Assembly (NCBI GenBank): GCA_951406725.2
Contig: OX597814.1
Location: 125,302,001 to 125,366,000, forward strand
Reading direction: 5' to 3'
Length of the DNA: 64,000 nucleotides
Source: Octopus vulgaris
Taxonomy: Eukaryota
Part shown: one piece after another, positions 11,891 to 25,267 of the stretch
Layout: each line of letters starts with the position of its first letter
Numbering within the stretch: position 1 is the first letter of the stretch
The notes under the pieces: generated by a model
Database searches by the model: none
Seen by the model: the letters and a program-made list of their open reading frames with translations, nothing else
Told to the model about the DNA's origin: nothing
Translations under genes and position numbers: made by a program

Positions 11891-12280
11891 AGAAATTAAA
11901 GGAATTCTCGAAAGCAAGAAGACTGTGAAGATATCTTAGAACATTGGATAAATAGCCGCAGAAGAAGGAAGAAATGGCCAGCAAGCCTCTACAGAGAATC
12001 GAACCCTGTACCTCTTAAATTTTGAAACCCCTGACAACAAATACCGTCTTTCTATGAGACTAAATAATATCTTTTGGAATGTGAGAACTTTATTTGCAAA
12101 CAAACTTTAAAGCACCAAGAGTGTTTCTGTAGAGTGTTCAGCCGGAATTTGAGAGGTACTGAGATCGATTCTCTGTTGAGGCTTGCTGACCACTTTTTTA
12201 CGCATTTTAAAAGGTATTTTTACCCGATTTTCTAAACTGTCTTCACATCTATCCTGCGTTTGAGAATTCCTTTGTTTTCT
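11891..12280. repeat. Diverged inverted repeat (~130-bp arms) with tRNA T-arm-like segments
   Basis: 11891-12021 vs reverse complement of 12146-12280 (e.g. CAGCAAGCCTCTACAGAGAATCGA / TCGATTCTCTGTTGAGGCTTGCTG). Confidence 0.7.
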
Positions 12281-12423
12281 GCCGAATACCAACACACTAG
12301 GTGCTTCCTCGGTATTTTATAAACTTGCATCTTACTTTCTGTAAATATACTTACAAATATACATACAGACTTTCTCAGTCATTTGTACTCTGTGTAAGTT
12401 TGATCTTTTAATAAACAACTATA

Positions 12424-12860
12424 AAGGCAGCGAGCTGGCAGAATCGTTAGCACACCGGGCGAAATACTTAGCGATATTTCTTCTACCGTTACGTTCTGAG
12501 TTCAAATTCTGCCGAGGTCGACTTTGCCTTTCATCCTTTCGTGGCGTCGATAAATTAAGTAACCAGTTATGCACTGGAGTCGATGTAATCGACCTAATCC
12601 CTTTGTCTGTCTTTGTTTGTCCCCTCTATGTTTAGCCTCCCTGTGGGCAGTCAAGAAATAAGAATCGCTAGCACGCCGGATAAAATGCTTAGCGGCATTT
12701 CGTCCGTCGTTACTTTCTGAGTTCAAATTCAGCTGAGGTTGACTTTGCCTTTCATCCTTTCGGGGTCGATAAAATAAGTACCAGTTGAACATTGGAAGTC
12801 GATGTAATCGACTTAACCCCTTCCTAAAATTGCTGGCCTTGTGTCAAAATTTGAAACCAA
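12424..12860 (+). mobile_element. SINE-B tandem pair
   Basis: AAGGCAGCGAGCTGGCAGAA...GCCTTTCATCCTTTCG..GTCGATAAA, twice. Confidence 0.9.
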
Positions 12861-13361
12861 TGTATGAATATCTTTATATTTATACTTAATATCAATCGTC
12901 TGAAGATCTTCAGTCTGCTTACACATATATATATATATATATATATATATTGTATAACAAACTCAAGGTGTTATATTTAATTTGTTTACCCGCATAATTG
13001 CTTTCATATCTGCTCACCTGGATTCCTCTTATAGCCACTCTTTACTCTGTGGAATTGGTCACACGTAAAGATATTGGTGTATCTCTGGATCTCAATGCTG
13101 AATATATATACATACAGATGTATATATACATATATATGCAGATATATACATTTATCTTTTATATTTTACATGTATTAGCCATTTGACTGCAGCCATGTTG
13201 AGGTACCATATGCATGCATTTAGACGTAGGAAGGATTGGGAAGTTGAAGACATTCGCTTCGCAATTATGTGGTTTTATGGTTTCGTTCGATCAGGGGCAA
13301 TTGTTCTCTCTATTATTGACGAAGGGTGAAATTTGGCTGCCAAAAACTGTATGGAAGATTG

Positions 13362-13401
<40 letters not shown>

Positions 13402-13536
13402 ATGCACATGTGTGTCTGCTTATGTAATCCATGCCTCGTGAATTAGCTGTTCAACCAATAGTTATCAAAACAAATACTGGGGGTTGTATTGTTTGTTGGT
13501 GGTGCTTCAGCAAGGGATGACTAGAATATATGTGTG

Positions 13537-13750
13537 TGGCAGACACGTTAGCGCGCCGGGCGAAATGCTTAGCGGTATTACGTATGTTGTTACGTTCAAA
13601 TTCCGCCGAAGCCGACTTTGCCTTTCATCCTTTCGGGGTCAATAAATAAAGTACCAGTTTCGCACTGGGGTCGATGTAATCGACTTAATCCCTTTGTCTG
13701 TCCTTGTTTGTCCCCTCTATGTTTAGCCCCTTGTGGGCAATAAAGAAATA
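13537..13750 (+). mobile_element. SINE-B
   Basis: Consensus match ending GGGCAATAAAGAAAT. Confidence 0.9.
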
Positions 13751-13869
13751 TATACGTGGGGTGGGGTCTGGAGGATTATACATACATACATACATACATA
13801 CATGTATGCATACGCATGTACGTGTTCAGATGTGAAATTTCATGTTTAATAACTTTACATTCACTAGAG

Positions 13870-15350
13870 ACGTAATGAGGGCAAACATCAGGAAACACCG
13901 AGAAACAAATGAGAAAATTCTGAACACCGTGTAGTTATGAGTGTTTCCTCGGTTATCTTCCCATAACGCACGGCAGTACATAAAAGCCTACAGACTGCAA
14001 ACACAACCACCGTAATATTAGTATTAGAAATCTAGTGAAGAGAAAGTTAGTCAATACGCTTTGAAATGTAAAGAGAGATAGAGATGCCATAAAAAAAAAA
14101 TAAACAATTCTCAGACATGACACTGTTACCCCTAAAACAAAAACTCTTAGAACATAGCAAGTTATGTTGCTAATAATATAATGAATATAACACCTCGAAA
14201 ACATACACAAGACCAAAGAACCAAGCGAACTCTATAAACATATCTACAATCAATTCTACAGAAAGCAAGAGACAAAGTAAGAAAAAAACTCCTGGTAAAA
14301 GCAAAATATAAGAACATCAAAAATTGTTCAGAAAACCAAACAGAGAGAATGAAATAAAATTGAAAAAAATATAATGTAACAAGATGGAAGAAAGAAAACA
14401 TATAACTTAAAATAGCAGCACTCACAAGTGAGAAGAGAGAAGCGTTTTAAAATACAAAAAAAAAAAGAGCATTAGAAGAAATTGTGCAGAAGTCAAACGG
14501 TGAAATAGATATAACCTACGTAAACCACTTAGACTGTGTGCCAGGACAGAATAGAAAAATATTTGATAAGGAAATAAATAACTAATCACTGTGGAAAATA
14601 AACATACAGAAGAAGATTAACCAAAATAGAAAGACTTAATCAATATTAACATATATATATATATATATATATAAGTTTAATCAATTAAGGATAATCTCTT
14701 AATAAGGGATCTTAACAAGAAATTATCGGGTAGCTAGCGTGAAAACCTCATAAAAGAAAAGAATCCGAAAATAATTTTTTTCTTTTGAACAAATTAATTA
14801 TATCTATATTGTATAGAGGGCATTATTACACATAAATGCCTCACACTAGGAGGGACAAAGTCATTACTACCAATATATATAAGACATAAAACGAGGAGGA
14901 AGTAAAAGGGTCATACAAGAAAAACAATTTAGAATTAAAATAAAACAGTAATATTTGGTATTAAGGAATGTCTAAGACAGGTAATTGTCACAAAATCATA
15001 ACAGATCAAATGAGTAAAGAGGAAATACAAACAAATTATAAAAATGCAAAATGCTTCGCGAACATATAAAGATAAAATTCGTAGCAAACTAATGTAGAAA
15101 AATGCAGAAATAATATCAAAGGAAGACATTGGAAATGTGTCGGGGACGGACTGTAATAGAGAGATCCAATGGATTATAGAGCAATAAACAAAACGAAAAC
15201 TCTCTATACAGTAATGGACGTTAATAACAGATGAAGGACTATAAAAAACAAGCATCGCTCACTGGGAAAGATACTTGGAAAATTCCAAAGCTTAATAATC
15301 ACCAAAAGTTCTTGCTTAGAAACTGCGCATTATTCGCGGTTGCTCAGCCG
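13870..15350 (+). pseudogene. Heavily decayed, internally deleted R4/Dong-like retrotransposon
   Basis: Remnants RNK*ENSEHRVVM, LWKINIQKKINQNRK (PxWK-like motif) and C-terminal ITKSSCLETAHYSRLL (QKxxLLGTAxI-like). Starts just after (ATAC)n; interrupted at ~14650-14990. Confidence 0.5.
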
Positions 15351-15439
15351 AAACATTAAATGTAATAGATGCAGGCATGGCTGTCTGGTTAAGAAGTAGA
15401 GCTTTGTAACCAAGTGGTTTCTGGTTAGTCTCAGTTGTT

Positions 15440-15835
15440 GTTTTATAACCCACAAGGGGCGAACAAAGAGGGGACAATACAATCTGATTTGGGGTCAGAT
15501 TCACGAATGATTTTACACAAAGGATGAAATTTAAAATTTACACATAATTACAAAAATATAATGAAATCGGAGAAATCGAATGCTAAGACAGACCGGAAGA
15601 CATTACGGATGGAGTGGGGGCGGGGGCGGATTTAGCTCGGACCCCACGAGCTCAACCTCGCCACTGATACCTGGGTTTCGTCCTGTTTTGCATTCATGCG
15701 GTTCCATCCACACGCAACATCCGTGCTACATTCTTACATCGATTTTCAAACACTTTCTCTGGTTAGTCTCAATGCTCGGAACCTTGAGTGTCTTCTTTCA
15801 TAGCTCCAGTGTAGCGGTTTCAGTCACCCCCACCG
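15440..15835 (-). mobile_element. 3' fragment of Tx1/L1-like LINE
   Basis: C-terminus KVFENRCKNVARMLRVDG is homologous to 9270-9320; 3' end TTGTCCCCTCTTTGTTCGCCCCTTGTGGGTTATAAA. Confidence 0.6.
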
Positions 15836-16065
15836 CCATTTAGCATAAAAGAATTTTAGTATGTAATTTGTAAAAATAAAAACGTTGGTATTTTCTTTTT
15901 TAATGAGAAACTGATTTTGATAAAACCACAAACACCTTCAATGTAAACAAAATATATTTAACAGAATGCCTTAATGCAGTTTAAATGCAAATGAAATATA
16001 TTTATCGTACAAAACAAACTATACCTACGCTTAAATGCGACTGATATGTGCTTATATACAGAATG

Positions 16066-16298
16066 GAAGGCGGCGAGCAGGTAGAAACGTTAGCGCGCCG
16101 GGCGAAATGCTTGGCGGTATTTCGTCTGTCGCTACGTTCTGAGTTCAAATTCCGCCGAGGTCGACTTTGCCTTTCATCCTTTCAGGGTCGATAAATAAAG
16201 TACCAGTTTCGCACTTGGGTCGATGTAATCGACTTAATCCCTTTGTCTGTCCTTGTTTGTCCTCTCTATGTTAACCCCTTGTGGGTAGTAAAGAAATA
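16066..16298 (+). mobile_element. SINE-B with 13-bp TSD
   Basis: TSD TATATACAGAATG at 16053-16065 and 16299-16311. Confidence 0.93.
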
Positions 16299-16619
16299 TA
16301 TATACAGAATGAAATATATTTATACACATCAAATGCAAGCGATATACATTTAGTCTCAGTGCGCGGAACCTTGAGTGTCTTTCTTTATAGCTCCAGTGTA
16401 GCGATTTCAATTTACCCACCCATTCAGCTTACCTCTCGGTAACTTGAGATTGCGTTCAGGTTACCAAGAGCATAACTTGAAATCGCTTTCAGGTTACCAG
16501 GAGCGTAACTGGAAATCGAATTCATCCTACCGCGGTTATGGATTCAGATTCCTCTACTCAAATCTTTCCTCAACTGTTTGTCACCATAGGGCAAATAAAA
16601 CATTATTAAGAAAAGGGAA

Positions 16620-17225
16620 TTCGTCTGTCATGACGTTCTGAGTCCAAATGCCACCGGAGTCGACTTTCCTTTCATCCTTTCGGGGTCGATAAATTAAGTA
16701 CCAGTTACGTACTGTAATCGACTGGTCCCCTCCCCAACAATGTCAGGCCTTGTGCCTATTGTAGAAAGGATTATTATTAAAGGGAATTAAGGCGAGGAGG
16801 CAGAATTGTTAGTACGCTGGGTAAAATGCTAAGCAGTATTTCGTCCTTCTTTACGTTCTGAGTTCAAATTCCTCTGAAGTTGATTTTGCCTTTCATCCCT
16901 TCAGGGTCGATAAAATAAGTACCAGTTGAGTACTGGAACCAATATAATCCAACTATCCCCTCCCCAAAGTGGCGGCGGTAGGGTGGCGAGCTGGCAGAAT
17001 AGTTAGCACGCCGAGCAAAATTCTTCGTGACATTTCGTCCGCCTTGACGATCTGAGTTCAAATTCCAGCGAGGTCTATTTTACCTTTCATCCTTTCGGGA
17101 TAGTTAATAAGCACTAGTTTCGCACGGAAGTTGATGTAATCGACTTACCTTCTCCCGAAATTCCAGGCCTTGTGCCTTTAGTAGAAAGGATTTTTATTAA
17201 AGGCGGCGGGTTGGCAGAATCGTTA
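16620..17225 (+). mobile_element. Cluster of SINE-B copies (alternative tail GGCCTTGTGCCT..GTAGAAAGGATT)
   Basis: Three or more partial consensus matches. Confidence 0.85.
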
Positions 17226-17288
17226 CCATGCCAGAAGAAATACTTTGCCCTCACCCGAAATGACTGCCCTTCTGCCTGAATTTGAAAC

Positions 17289-17380
<92 letters not shown>

Positions 17381-17412
17381 CCACCATCATCATCATCATC
17401 ATCATTATTATC

Positions 17413-17577
17413 GCTGTGTGGTAAAGAGCTTGCTTACCAACCATATGGTTCCGGGTTCATTCCCACTGAGTGGCACTTTGGGCAAGTGTCTTCTACTATA
17501 GCCACGGGCCGACCAAAGCCTTGTCAGTGGATTTGGTAGACGAAAACTGAAAATAGACCGTCGTATATATGTATATA

Positions 17578-17608
<31 letters not shown>

Positions 17609-17753
17609 GAGTGTGTGTGTATATGTTTGTGTCTGTGTTTGTCCCCCCAACATCGCTTGACAACCGATGCTGGTGTGTATACGTCCCCGTAACTTAGCGG
17701 TTCGGCAAAAGAGACCGATAGAACAAGTGCTAGGTTTACAAAGAATAAGTCCT
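17413..17753 (+). mobile_element. SINE-A
   Basis: Consensus match; internal (TA)n/(TG)n. Confidence 0.9.
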
Positions 17754-17773
17754 GCGCCTATCTTATTATTATT

Positions 17774-17874
<101 letters not shown>

Positions 17875-19251
17875 CATTATTGCAAATGTAATTTTTCTTG
17901 CATAAATAACTATTTATAAAAACAATTTATAAATACTTCCAGAACAAGTCAACAGGTTTCTCTCAAGGGACATAATGAGGAAGATCATTAACGTATGTGC
18001 CAATGTTTTCTGTGTATGTGCGTGTGTTAGGTACACGTGTGTTTGTGTATAAATGTATATCGCTCGCATTTGATGTGTATAAATATATTTCATTCTGTAT
18101 ATAACCACATATCATTCGCATTTAAGCGTAGATATATTTTGTCTTGTATGATAAATATATTTCGTTTGCATATAAAGTGCATTAATGCATTCTGTTAAAT
18201 ATATTTTGTTTACATTGAAGGTGTTTGTGTTTTTATCAAAATCAGTTTCTCATTAAAAAAGAAAATACAAATGTTTTTATTTTTACAAATTACAGACTAA
18301 AATTCTTTTATGCTAAATGGGGTTTTTTTTTCTTCTTTTTCTGGGTATGATATAAATGTTCAGGGGATGTATAAAATCAAATATTTTTATTATTTTCGCA
18401 TTTTAAGATTTCCTAACTATCATGAATGTTACACGTGTTTAATGCTTTAAAAATCACAGTTGGAAACGTAAGAATTTATCATTTTATCGGAATTAATGTG
18501 AACAATGCAGGGGTTAATTCAAAATCAGGATCACGCTACCCTAGTGGTTACTTGAAATGGTGGGAGTAGTTTGAGGTCTTTACACCGGAGGACCAATGCC
18601 TTATTAGTAAATTTGTTAAAAGGCAACTGTGGAAAACCGTCGTGTGTGTATATATATATAAAGTTAATCCAAACATGAAAACACTACTGTGCGTGTGTGT
18701 GCGTGTGTGCGTGCGTGTGCGTGTGTGTGTGTGCGTGCGTGCGTGTGTGTGTGTATTTGCTGTTCCCCACCGCTTGATAGCCGGTGTTGGTTTTGGAAAA
18801 TTGCTATAGATCAATATGTCACGGCATTATAGGCTCACTGCTTGTCTTATATCAGCATACAAGTGACTGATAGTAATAATGGAGAGGAGAAATATTAGCG
18901 ACCACTTAATAGCAGAAGATAAAGTGTACAAAATATGAGTTTACTGATGTAAATGCCAAGCTCTTGAAAGAAAAATCAATGTAGGAAGATTGGAAAAAGT
19001 GAAAGGTACAGGTCTAATGGAGAAATAAGTAAACTTGACATGCTTATAACGTCTACTTTTACATATATTTTATCATACCTTGATACTGTGTGGGCTGGGT
19101 TCGCCATTGACGGGTTTGTGATATTAAATAGAGAGTTTAACACTTATACTAAGCAAATTATTAGTTCCAACTCTCTGGAACTACTGGATTTAATGTGTAC
19201 TTAAACAGATTGGCAATTTGCTTTTCTGCAATTGGTCAAGTGATGTAGATA

Positions 19252-19292
19252 CTTCTGATGAGGCCCCTATAACGGTCGAAAATAGATTAAGG
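19252..19292 (+). ncRNA. Degenerate hammerhead-like motif in probable Penelope remnant (~18850-19400)
   Basis: CTGATGA-GGCC-loop-GGTC-GAAA-ATAGA-TTA; stem II intact, stem III degenerate. Confidence 0.4.
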
Positions 19293-19722
19293 CTGTTTGT
19301 CACTTTTTCAATTTATGGAGAATAGTTAAATTCGACACGTATGTATATCTGCTATGCAGGTTTACATATATCTATATAAGTTATGAACATGATATTAAAG
19401 ACTACTCCAGGACCGTCTGAAGGGATGGGTTCACGTGTCAAGGGGACCAATTCTTATCTATGTATGTTGTGGATTGCTGTCAATGAATACTATACGGCCC
19501 GGTGTTTTGATTTGCTCGTGAGGACCATGCAATGCTGCTAAGGCGGCTCTGGTTTACCCCATGACTGGAAGTCAAAATTATTGGCGTATCATTGAGTTAT
19601 AGCAGATTTTATTAGATTGCACATGTAGCAATGAAAAACAAAATTTTTCCTTCTCTCAGGAATAAACAATTGTATATTCTATGGTGATTCACTGTATTCT
19701 TTATTATTCCATTAAACTGAAT

Positions 19723-20732
19723 TACTCCGAAAGATAAAAATACATTGTGGTTACAAAATAAAGGAGATGTTTCCAGATGTGTTCGTTACTGAGAAGATCA
19801 AATTAAGCCGAAACACCGACGAAACACTGTCGATCCGCCGATGATATTATGAGTGCGCTCTGATTTTAACATACAAGCCTCTTTGAGAAGTTTTTCTGGA
19901 AAACAATATTACAGCTAGCATCGTTCCATGTTTCTATATACAAGACACATCATTATTCTAACCTAATACTGTTCCAAGTGCGTTTGTTAATTTAAAAGAA
20001 AGTAAATTACGCTGGGCAAAATAGACATTGAACCCTGGAGCTGCTAAAAAAATAGACGTAGCATTAAAGAAAGCTGAAACCTAGGTGATATAGAAATAAT
20101 TGAGAGTTGGAAACATCTAAATCAATATAAAACAACACAATTGCAAATTGAGTGTGTGCGTGTGTGTGTGTGTGTGTGTATGCGTGTATGTGTGTGAGTG
20201 TGTGTGCGTGTGTGCGTGTGAGTGTATGTGTGTGTGTGTGTGTGTGTGAGTGTGTGTGAGTGTGTGCGTGTGTGTATATGTGTAGTACAGTTACTGTCAA
20301 GAAAGATTCGAAACACAAGGCGCAAAAATAAAACAGTAATTTATGATATAACGTCTGTTATATTCCTCCAAAAGTGTAAATTGGCGAGGCGGTGACCTGG
20401 AAGTATCGTTTGTACGTCTGATAAAATGATTAGTGACATTTCTTCTGGGGTTTTGCGTCTGGGTTAAAATGCCACTGAAGTCGATTCTGTGTTTTATCTT
20501 TTTTTTACTGTACCAATTGAACACTTGGTTCGATCTATTGATAAAGTCTTGAACAGAAGGGTTAATAGTAACAACCAAGGACAAACACTTCAAAGTCTGA
20601 CATTATCTAATACTACTCCGAAAGATAAAAAATACATTGTGGTTACAAAATAAAGGAGATGTTTCCAGATGTGTTCGTTACTGAGAAGATCAAATTAAGC
20701 CGAAACACCGACGAAACACTGTCGATCCGCCG
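19723..20732. repeat. Dispersed direct repeat of ~118 bp (19723-19840 and 20614-20732)
   Basis: Identical except for one extra A. Confidence 0.95.
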
Positions 20733-20769
20733 GCTCAAAAAGAAACTTATAAATTACACACGCTGACTA

Positions 20770-21070
20770 CAGGGAGCATTTTGTGAAACAATTAAGCACA
20801 GAACCGTTTCTCAGGGTACTCGTCACTCTCCTGCAACCACAATTACTTCTCTCTTCCAAATAGTCCGATTCGAAAATACGAACTTAAGCCACTTGTATAT
20901 TACTTTTTCTTGGCACTCTTCTCTTCTTTCCTTTCGTTTTTGTATCTCCGTCGACTTTCCTCTAGTATCCGAGAAGGACTGTCCGATACGTTATACGTTT
21001 ATTATCAACTTTTATTCTATAAGCATCGACATGATTACATCAACTGTAAACGTTCTTGTTTTTTTTTATT
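20770..21070 (+). mobile_element. Decayed Penelope-like 3' end
   Basis: FLGTL-like GIY-YIG C-terminal remnant, then CCGAGAAGGACTGTCCGATACGTT, a broken version of the hammerhead at 45527. Confidence 0.35.
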
Positions 21071-21162
21071 CAATTTGCATTATTCTTATATACATACCTG
21101 CATGCATCCATGCGTAATACATACATACATGCATACATACATACTCTTTTATTGTTTTATTC

Positions 21163-21366
21163 TTTTATTTGTTTCACTCATTTGACTGTGGCCATGCTGG
21201 AGCACCACCTTTAGTCGAACAAATCGACCCCAAGACTTATTCTTTGTAAGCCTAGTACTTACTCTATCGGTCTCTTTTGCTGAAACGCTAAGTTACGGGG
21301 ACGTAAACACACCAATATCGGTTGACAAGCCATGGTGGGGGAACAAACAGACACACACACATACAT

Positions 21367-21419
<53 letters not shown>

Positions 21420-21577
21420 GCTTCTTTCAGTTTCCGTCTACCAAATCCACTCACAAGGCTTTGGTCAGCCCGAGGCTATAGTAGCAGACACTTGCCCAAG
21501 GTGCAACTCAGTGGGACTGAACTCAGAAACATGTAATTGGTAAGCAAGCTAATTACCACAAAGCCACTCCTGCGCCT
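21163..21577 (-). mobile_element. SINE-A
   Basis: Full-length consensus match. Confidence 0.92.
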
Positions 21578-21580
21578 TTC

Positions 21581-21611
<31 letters not shown>

Positions 21612-21656
21612 CATACATACATACATACATACATACATACATACATACATACATAC

Positions 21657-22048
21657 ATGGTGGCTGCCCCTTCGTTATCGTGTATGGCCATTGCACGAAG
21701 CTTAATCAATGTTGTTATCGTGCAATGCCTGTGCAAGAAGATTTTTTTTTTAAGTGAGGAAAGGCTGTGCATTGAGTCAATCCCACTCACTAAGCAACAG
21801 CAGCCATAATCCGAAAAGAAGAACAAGTCAACATCATCGGTAACCACTGAGCCGCAGGTTTTATGTCGGAGTTATCCCAGTTACCTGAGTTACCTTCTCC
21901 TAGTAGGATGCCCTAACAAAGGCTAGGAGTCCTTCACTCCCAATGGTTTAACCGCGCGATCGGGTATTCCGTCCGATTATTTCTATGTCCCCGCGCATGA
22001 TACAGCCTTAAGACATTTATTGGATGGCCGTTGACTCTCAAGAGTTCC
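21657..22048 (-). mobile_element. RTE-like LINE 5' UTR fragment embedded in (ATAC)n
   Basis: Minus CTAGCCTTTGTTAGGGCATCCTACTAGGAGAAGG resembles the conserved RTE 5' UTR motif (recalled, not searched). Confidence 0.5.
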
Positions 22049-22738
22049 TACATACATACATACATACATTCATACATACATACATACATGCATACATACA
22101 TACATACATACATACATACATGCATACATGCATGCATGCATACATAATACATACATACATACATACATACATGCATACATACATACATACATACATACAT
22201 ACATGCATACATACATACATACATACATACATACATACATACATACATACATACATACATACATACATACATACATACATACATACATACATACATACAT
22301 GATGATGGTAGTGTCTCGTGGTCTGTGAAAGACGGTTCTGGATTTTCTTGCTGGACGACTTGCACAAATGATTTGTTTATTGTGATCAAACGTATGTCCT
22401 TTACATTCGCTCACTCCCTCCATCAAATCGACGTTGCCTGAACTGGAGCACAGTGTACCACACGTCAGGCGTCGAAGCGATCGCAGAGTAACTTGAGGTG
22501 AAGTGTTTTGCTCAAGAACACAACCAGATCAAGGAATTGAAACCGCGATCTTTCAATTGTGGATGCAACGTCTTAATCCCCAGGCCACGCACCTACAACA
22601 TACATACACACATATACATGCATACGGACACATACATAGATGCACACATACATACGCACATACATAAATAATACATACATAATACATACATACATACATA
22701 ACATACATACATACATACATACATACATACATACATAC

Positions 22739-22769
<31 letters not shown>

Positions 22770-22890
22770 CATACATACATGCATGCATGCATGCATACAT
22801 ACATACATACATACATACATACATACATACATACATACATACATACATACATACATACATACATACATACATGCATGCATACATACATAC
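22049..22890. repeat. (ATAC)n arrays surrounding a minus-strand CORE-type SINE (~22300-22595)
   Basis: Tetranucleotide arrays; minus-strand GTTGTGTTCTTGAGCAAAACACTTCACCTC CORE-like motif. Confidence 0.8.
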
Positions 22891-23298
22891 GTACGCACGT
22901 AGAAACAATCGAATAAATCGCTATTTTTACTGGCAGCTTATCAAGCATTACAAAATGGATACCAAAGAAAAACAGCAACGAGATAATCCTGAAAAGGTTA
23001 GCTGGCCATTCATATTCTTGATGATATGGTTGTTTAATCACAGGTCAGTTCTAATCGATTGAGCAGGCTTACGATCAAAGGTGTTCCAGTAATAGCCTTG
23101 CTGTTTTTTATCATTATTATTTGTCCTTCCTAAAACTGTGATTTCAGAGGTATTTCGTTGCTAGCAGATCGAATGAATGTTTAGAGACTTACTCGCTGAA
23201 CAAAGTTGTAAGGTTTAACAACACCGCAGAACATAGAGACAAATTCGTATAACCTTAAAAGAACCACAAAAGCCGAACGTGTCCTACGACTGTAATGT

Positions 23299-23340
<42 letters not shown>

Positions 23341-23349
<9 letters not shown>

Positions 23350-23745
23350 TTGTTTCAGTCATTTGACTGTGGCTATGCTGGAGCACCGCCTTTAGTCGAG
23401 CAAATAGACCCTAGGACTTATTCTTTATAAGCCTAGTACTTATTCTATCGGTATCTTTTGCCGAACCGCTAAGTTACGGGGACGTAAACACATCAGCATC
23501 GGTTGTCAAGCGATGTTGGGGGGACAGACACAGACACACAAACGTATACACACACATACATATATATATATATATACACATATATACGACGGGCTTCTTT
23601 CAGTTTCTATCTACCAAATCCACTCACAAGGCTTTGGTTGGCCCGAGGCTATAGTAGAAGACACTTGCCCAAGGTGCCACGCAGTGGGACTGAACCCAAA
23701 ACCATGTGATTGGTAAGCAAGTTACTTACCACACAGCCACTCCTA
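23341..23745 (-). mobile_element. SINE-A
   Basis: Full-length consensus match. Confidence 0.92.
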
Positions 23746-23849
23746 CTTGTTAAATCAAGTTTCAGGAATATATCAATCAAGGATACGGAAAATATAATAA
23801 AAGCTCTCTAAATACAAAATATATGTATACATATATAAATAGTAGATAA

Positions 23850-24085
23850 CCACATGGATCCGAGTTCAGTCCCATTACGTGACACCTTGGGCAAGTGTCT
23901 TTTACTAAACCCTCGGGCCGACCAAAACCTTGTGAGAGGGTTTGGTAAACGGAGCCTGAAAGAAGCCCGTCATACATATGTACGTGTCTGTGTCTGTGTC
24001 TTTTTTTCTGTGTTTGTGACCTACCACCACATGACAACTTAGCGGTTCGCCAAAGGAAACGACAGAGTAAGTACCAGGCTTTACA
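23850..24085 (+). mobile_element. SINE-A (partial), head-to-head with the previous copy
   Basis: Consensus match. Confidence 0.85.
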
Positions 24086-24192
24086 AATAGTTAGTCTATT
24101 GACTAATAAGTACTAGGGCCAATAGATAAATAGATACGTACATGTAAGTATGCATACATATATGTATGGGTATGACCAATGGACCGATTAAT

Positions 24193-24415
24193 ACCTATTT
24201 CTTTACTACCCACAAGAGAGGACAAACAAGGACAGACAAACGGATTAAGTCGATTACATCGACACCACTGCGTAACTGTTACTTAATTTATCGACCCCGA
24301 AAAGATGAAAGGCAAAGTCGACCTCGGCGTAATTTGAACTCAGAACGCAGCGGCAGCCGAAATGCCGCTAAGCATTTCGCCCGGCGTGCTAACGATTCTG
24401 CCAGCTCGCTGCCTT
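24193..24415 (-). mobile_element. SINE-B
   Basis: Consensus match; flanking repeat TGGACCGATT. Confidence 0.9.
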
Positions 24416-24765
24416 TGGACCGATTAATTCCATCGAATCCAAAGCCGCTTGGTTACAAAACTGACGTCTTAACCACGTTGCCACGTAATTATCTCATCAT
24501 TTTTTTTTTTTTGCTTCATTATCACTATCTACATTCTGATTATCTCTTCAATTGATTCCTCCACTATTGCATGCACTCAATATGTGTGAAATAATGTTGT
24601 GTGTCTGGACAGTCCGGGTTCAATTCCCACTGGTGTCAGTTTTGCTTTTCCACTTTCGAGGAATCTGTAAAATAAACACTAGACATCTGTTGAGGTCGAT
24701 TAAATCAACTTATGTTCCTCCCACAAAATTTGTAGCCTTTGGCTAAAATCAGAAATCAATATTCC

Positions 24766-24839
<74 letters not shown>

Positions 24840-25129
24840 GTGATTTATTGTGTATTTGTGTTCTTTCTTTTTCTTCTTTTTTTTCTATGCCATACCGCAC
24901 TATTAAGTCAACTTTGATTATTGGCTATGTTCCCATAACATAACAATAACAACGTGACCGTGTGGTGTGAATGTGTGTGTGTATGTGTGTGTGTGTGTGA
25001 GTGTGTGTGTGTGTGTGTGCGTATGATTATGTGTTGAACACAGTTCCATTTTGTTAATTTTTAAAGTTTTGACTGATATCGTAGTTTATTTGACGTTCAT
25101 TATAATTCACCCATAGATTATTACTATTA

Positions 25130-25175
<46 letters not shown>

Positions 25176-25205
25176 GATTATTATTATTATAAATATTATT
25201 ATAAA

Positions 25206-25267
<62 letters not shown>

